Of a DNA stretch of 64,000 bases, positions 62,934-64,000 are shown piece after piece; positions within the stretch are counted from its first letter, which is position 1; each line of letters starts with the position of its first letter. Source of the stretch: Marsupella aquatica. Its lineage: Eukaryota > Plantae > Marchantiophyta. The notes beneath the pieces are model-generated. The model searched no databases. It had not been told where the DNA came from and was given only the letters and a program-made list of their open reading frames with translations. The translations under genes were made by a program, and so were the position numbers. The stretch lies in the NCBI GenBank assembly GCA_973895155.1, contig OZ316894.1, forward strand, positions 14,399,680-14,463,679, given 5' to 3'.

Positions 62934-64000
62934 ATGGACCCTAAGGACGTCTCCATGGGTGAAGTCAGTGACATAGGCTTATCGATGGACGAGGTAATAT
63001 CAAAGCACGCATTGTCATTCGGGATGGATTTTTGAGGATTCGATAAGGAGCCACCTCGAATTCCTCTTTGTAGATTGCTCCCCATGGAGGTTGTTCGAAC
63101 CTTACAGAAAGAAAGTGCATCGATCGAGAAGTTGAAAGAATCATTCCGTGTCACCGGGTACAACTCGCGCATTGGGATGCCTTTCTACGTTCAGCCTGCG
63201 AATGCCTATGGGGTTTCTCAGATATGCACCAGCGAGATCCGAGACTCTTGGGATCCAATCTGGGTCGCAGAGAACGACAAGTTTGAGGAAGAGTGTGATA
63301 CGGACCCAGCGTTCCATATTCTAAAAGATAATATGTTTTGGTTGTTTGACGGAAATCATCGATTGTACTCGTGGTCAATCGTCATGAGGGAGAATCCGGA
63401 CAACTTGAAGTATCATCCTCGTGTGATTTGCGTCATTTTCAATGGTGACAGAGGTTCGCTAGTTGAGCTCGAGGTGGCAATGCACACCGTGAACCAGTAA
63501 GTTCTATTCGTTAACTGTTGTTACCCCTGTCATTCATTTTGGACCAAACATGCTTTGCGAAAGTGTTCATTCCCCAATTTTTGCTAGCGCCCAGCGCTAC
63601 TAATTCCTTTTCATTGCATCCAAGCTTGGACAAGCAGTCGTTGAGCCTTCTTGGATTCTTGACGCGGACAGAATTTCCTGAATTCTGTCGCATGATCTTG
63701 ATCACTATAAGCCACTCATCGACAGCGCGAACATGGCAAAGTTTGAGGCGATCCGAAAGAAGACGAGAAAGGGGTCTTGGTTTACACATAAAATGCCACA
63801 GGATGCTCTCATCTACATTCTGTGTGTGGACAAAATCAAGTCTTACTCAAATCAATTTAAGTCTGATATGGCTTTAGCCAAAGCTCAAGGGGCTTCTTGG
63901 TCAGAAGAGGAGACCACAAAGAGGCATGAGGCAATGATGAAGGAGGCGACCAAAGATTGGTCGATCAAAGTGACGAAGATCACCCCTTTACTTCATCCGG
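62934..64000 (+). pseudogene. ParB/Srx-like gene copy C (A subfamily), running off the window end
   Basis: MDPKD...SFGMDF*GFDKEPPRIPLCRLLPMEVVRTLQ...LFDGNHRLYSW...AMHTVNQ; intron 63497-63623 (acceptor appears mutated AG to AA); exon 2 LGQAVVEPSWILDADRI...KGSWFTHKMPQDALIYILC is nearly collinear with copy A. Confidence 0.8.

Overview
Eukaryotic nuclear DNA with GT-AG introns, most likely from a non-seed land plant such as a liverwort (inferred from the gene families present). Positions 1.9-14.8 kb hold one intact 23-exon plant AAA+ ATPase gene. The remainder (about 15.9-64 kb) is a nest of mobile DNA. It contains a decayed Ty3/Gypsy element, two solo-LTR-like units of about 3.1 kb that encode a plant-mobile-domain-like ORF, an element bounded by long inverted repeats, and a young non-autonomous Copia-type element that has captured a BBR/BPC (GAGA-binding) gene fragment. 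Beneath these insertions lies the most unusual content: three copies of an intron-containing gene with an N-terminal ParB/Srx-like domain (FDGNHRL). The two complete copies continue into a degenerate beta-class N4/N6 DNA-methyltransferase fold. One copy lies head-to-head with a GCM/MULE-DDE/SWIM transposase, and another runs in frame (across one stop) into a Ulp1 SUMO-protease. Each gene subfamily carries its own 21-23 bp palindrome in flanks and introns (TACYAGCGCCNGGCGCTRGTA or ATCTCGGAGAGSCTCTCCGAGAT), which suggests a transposon-borne ParB/parS-like module. All copies have stops or frameshifts. Domain calls come from motif recognition by eye, not from database searches.
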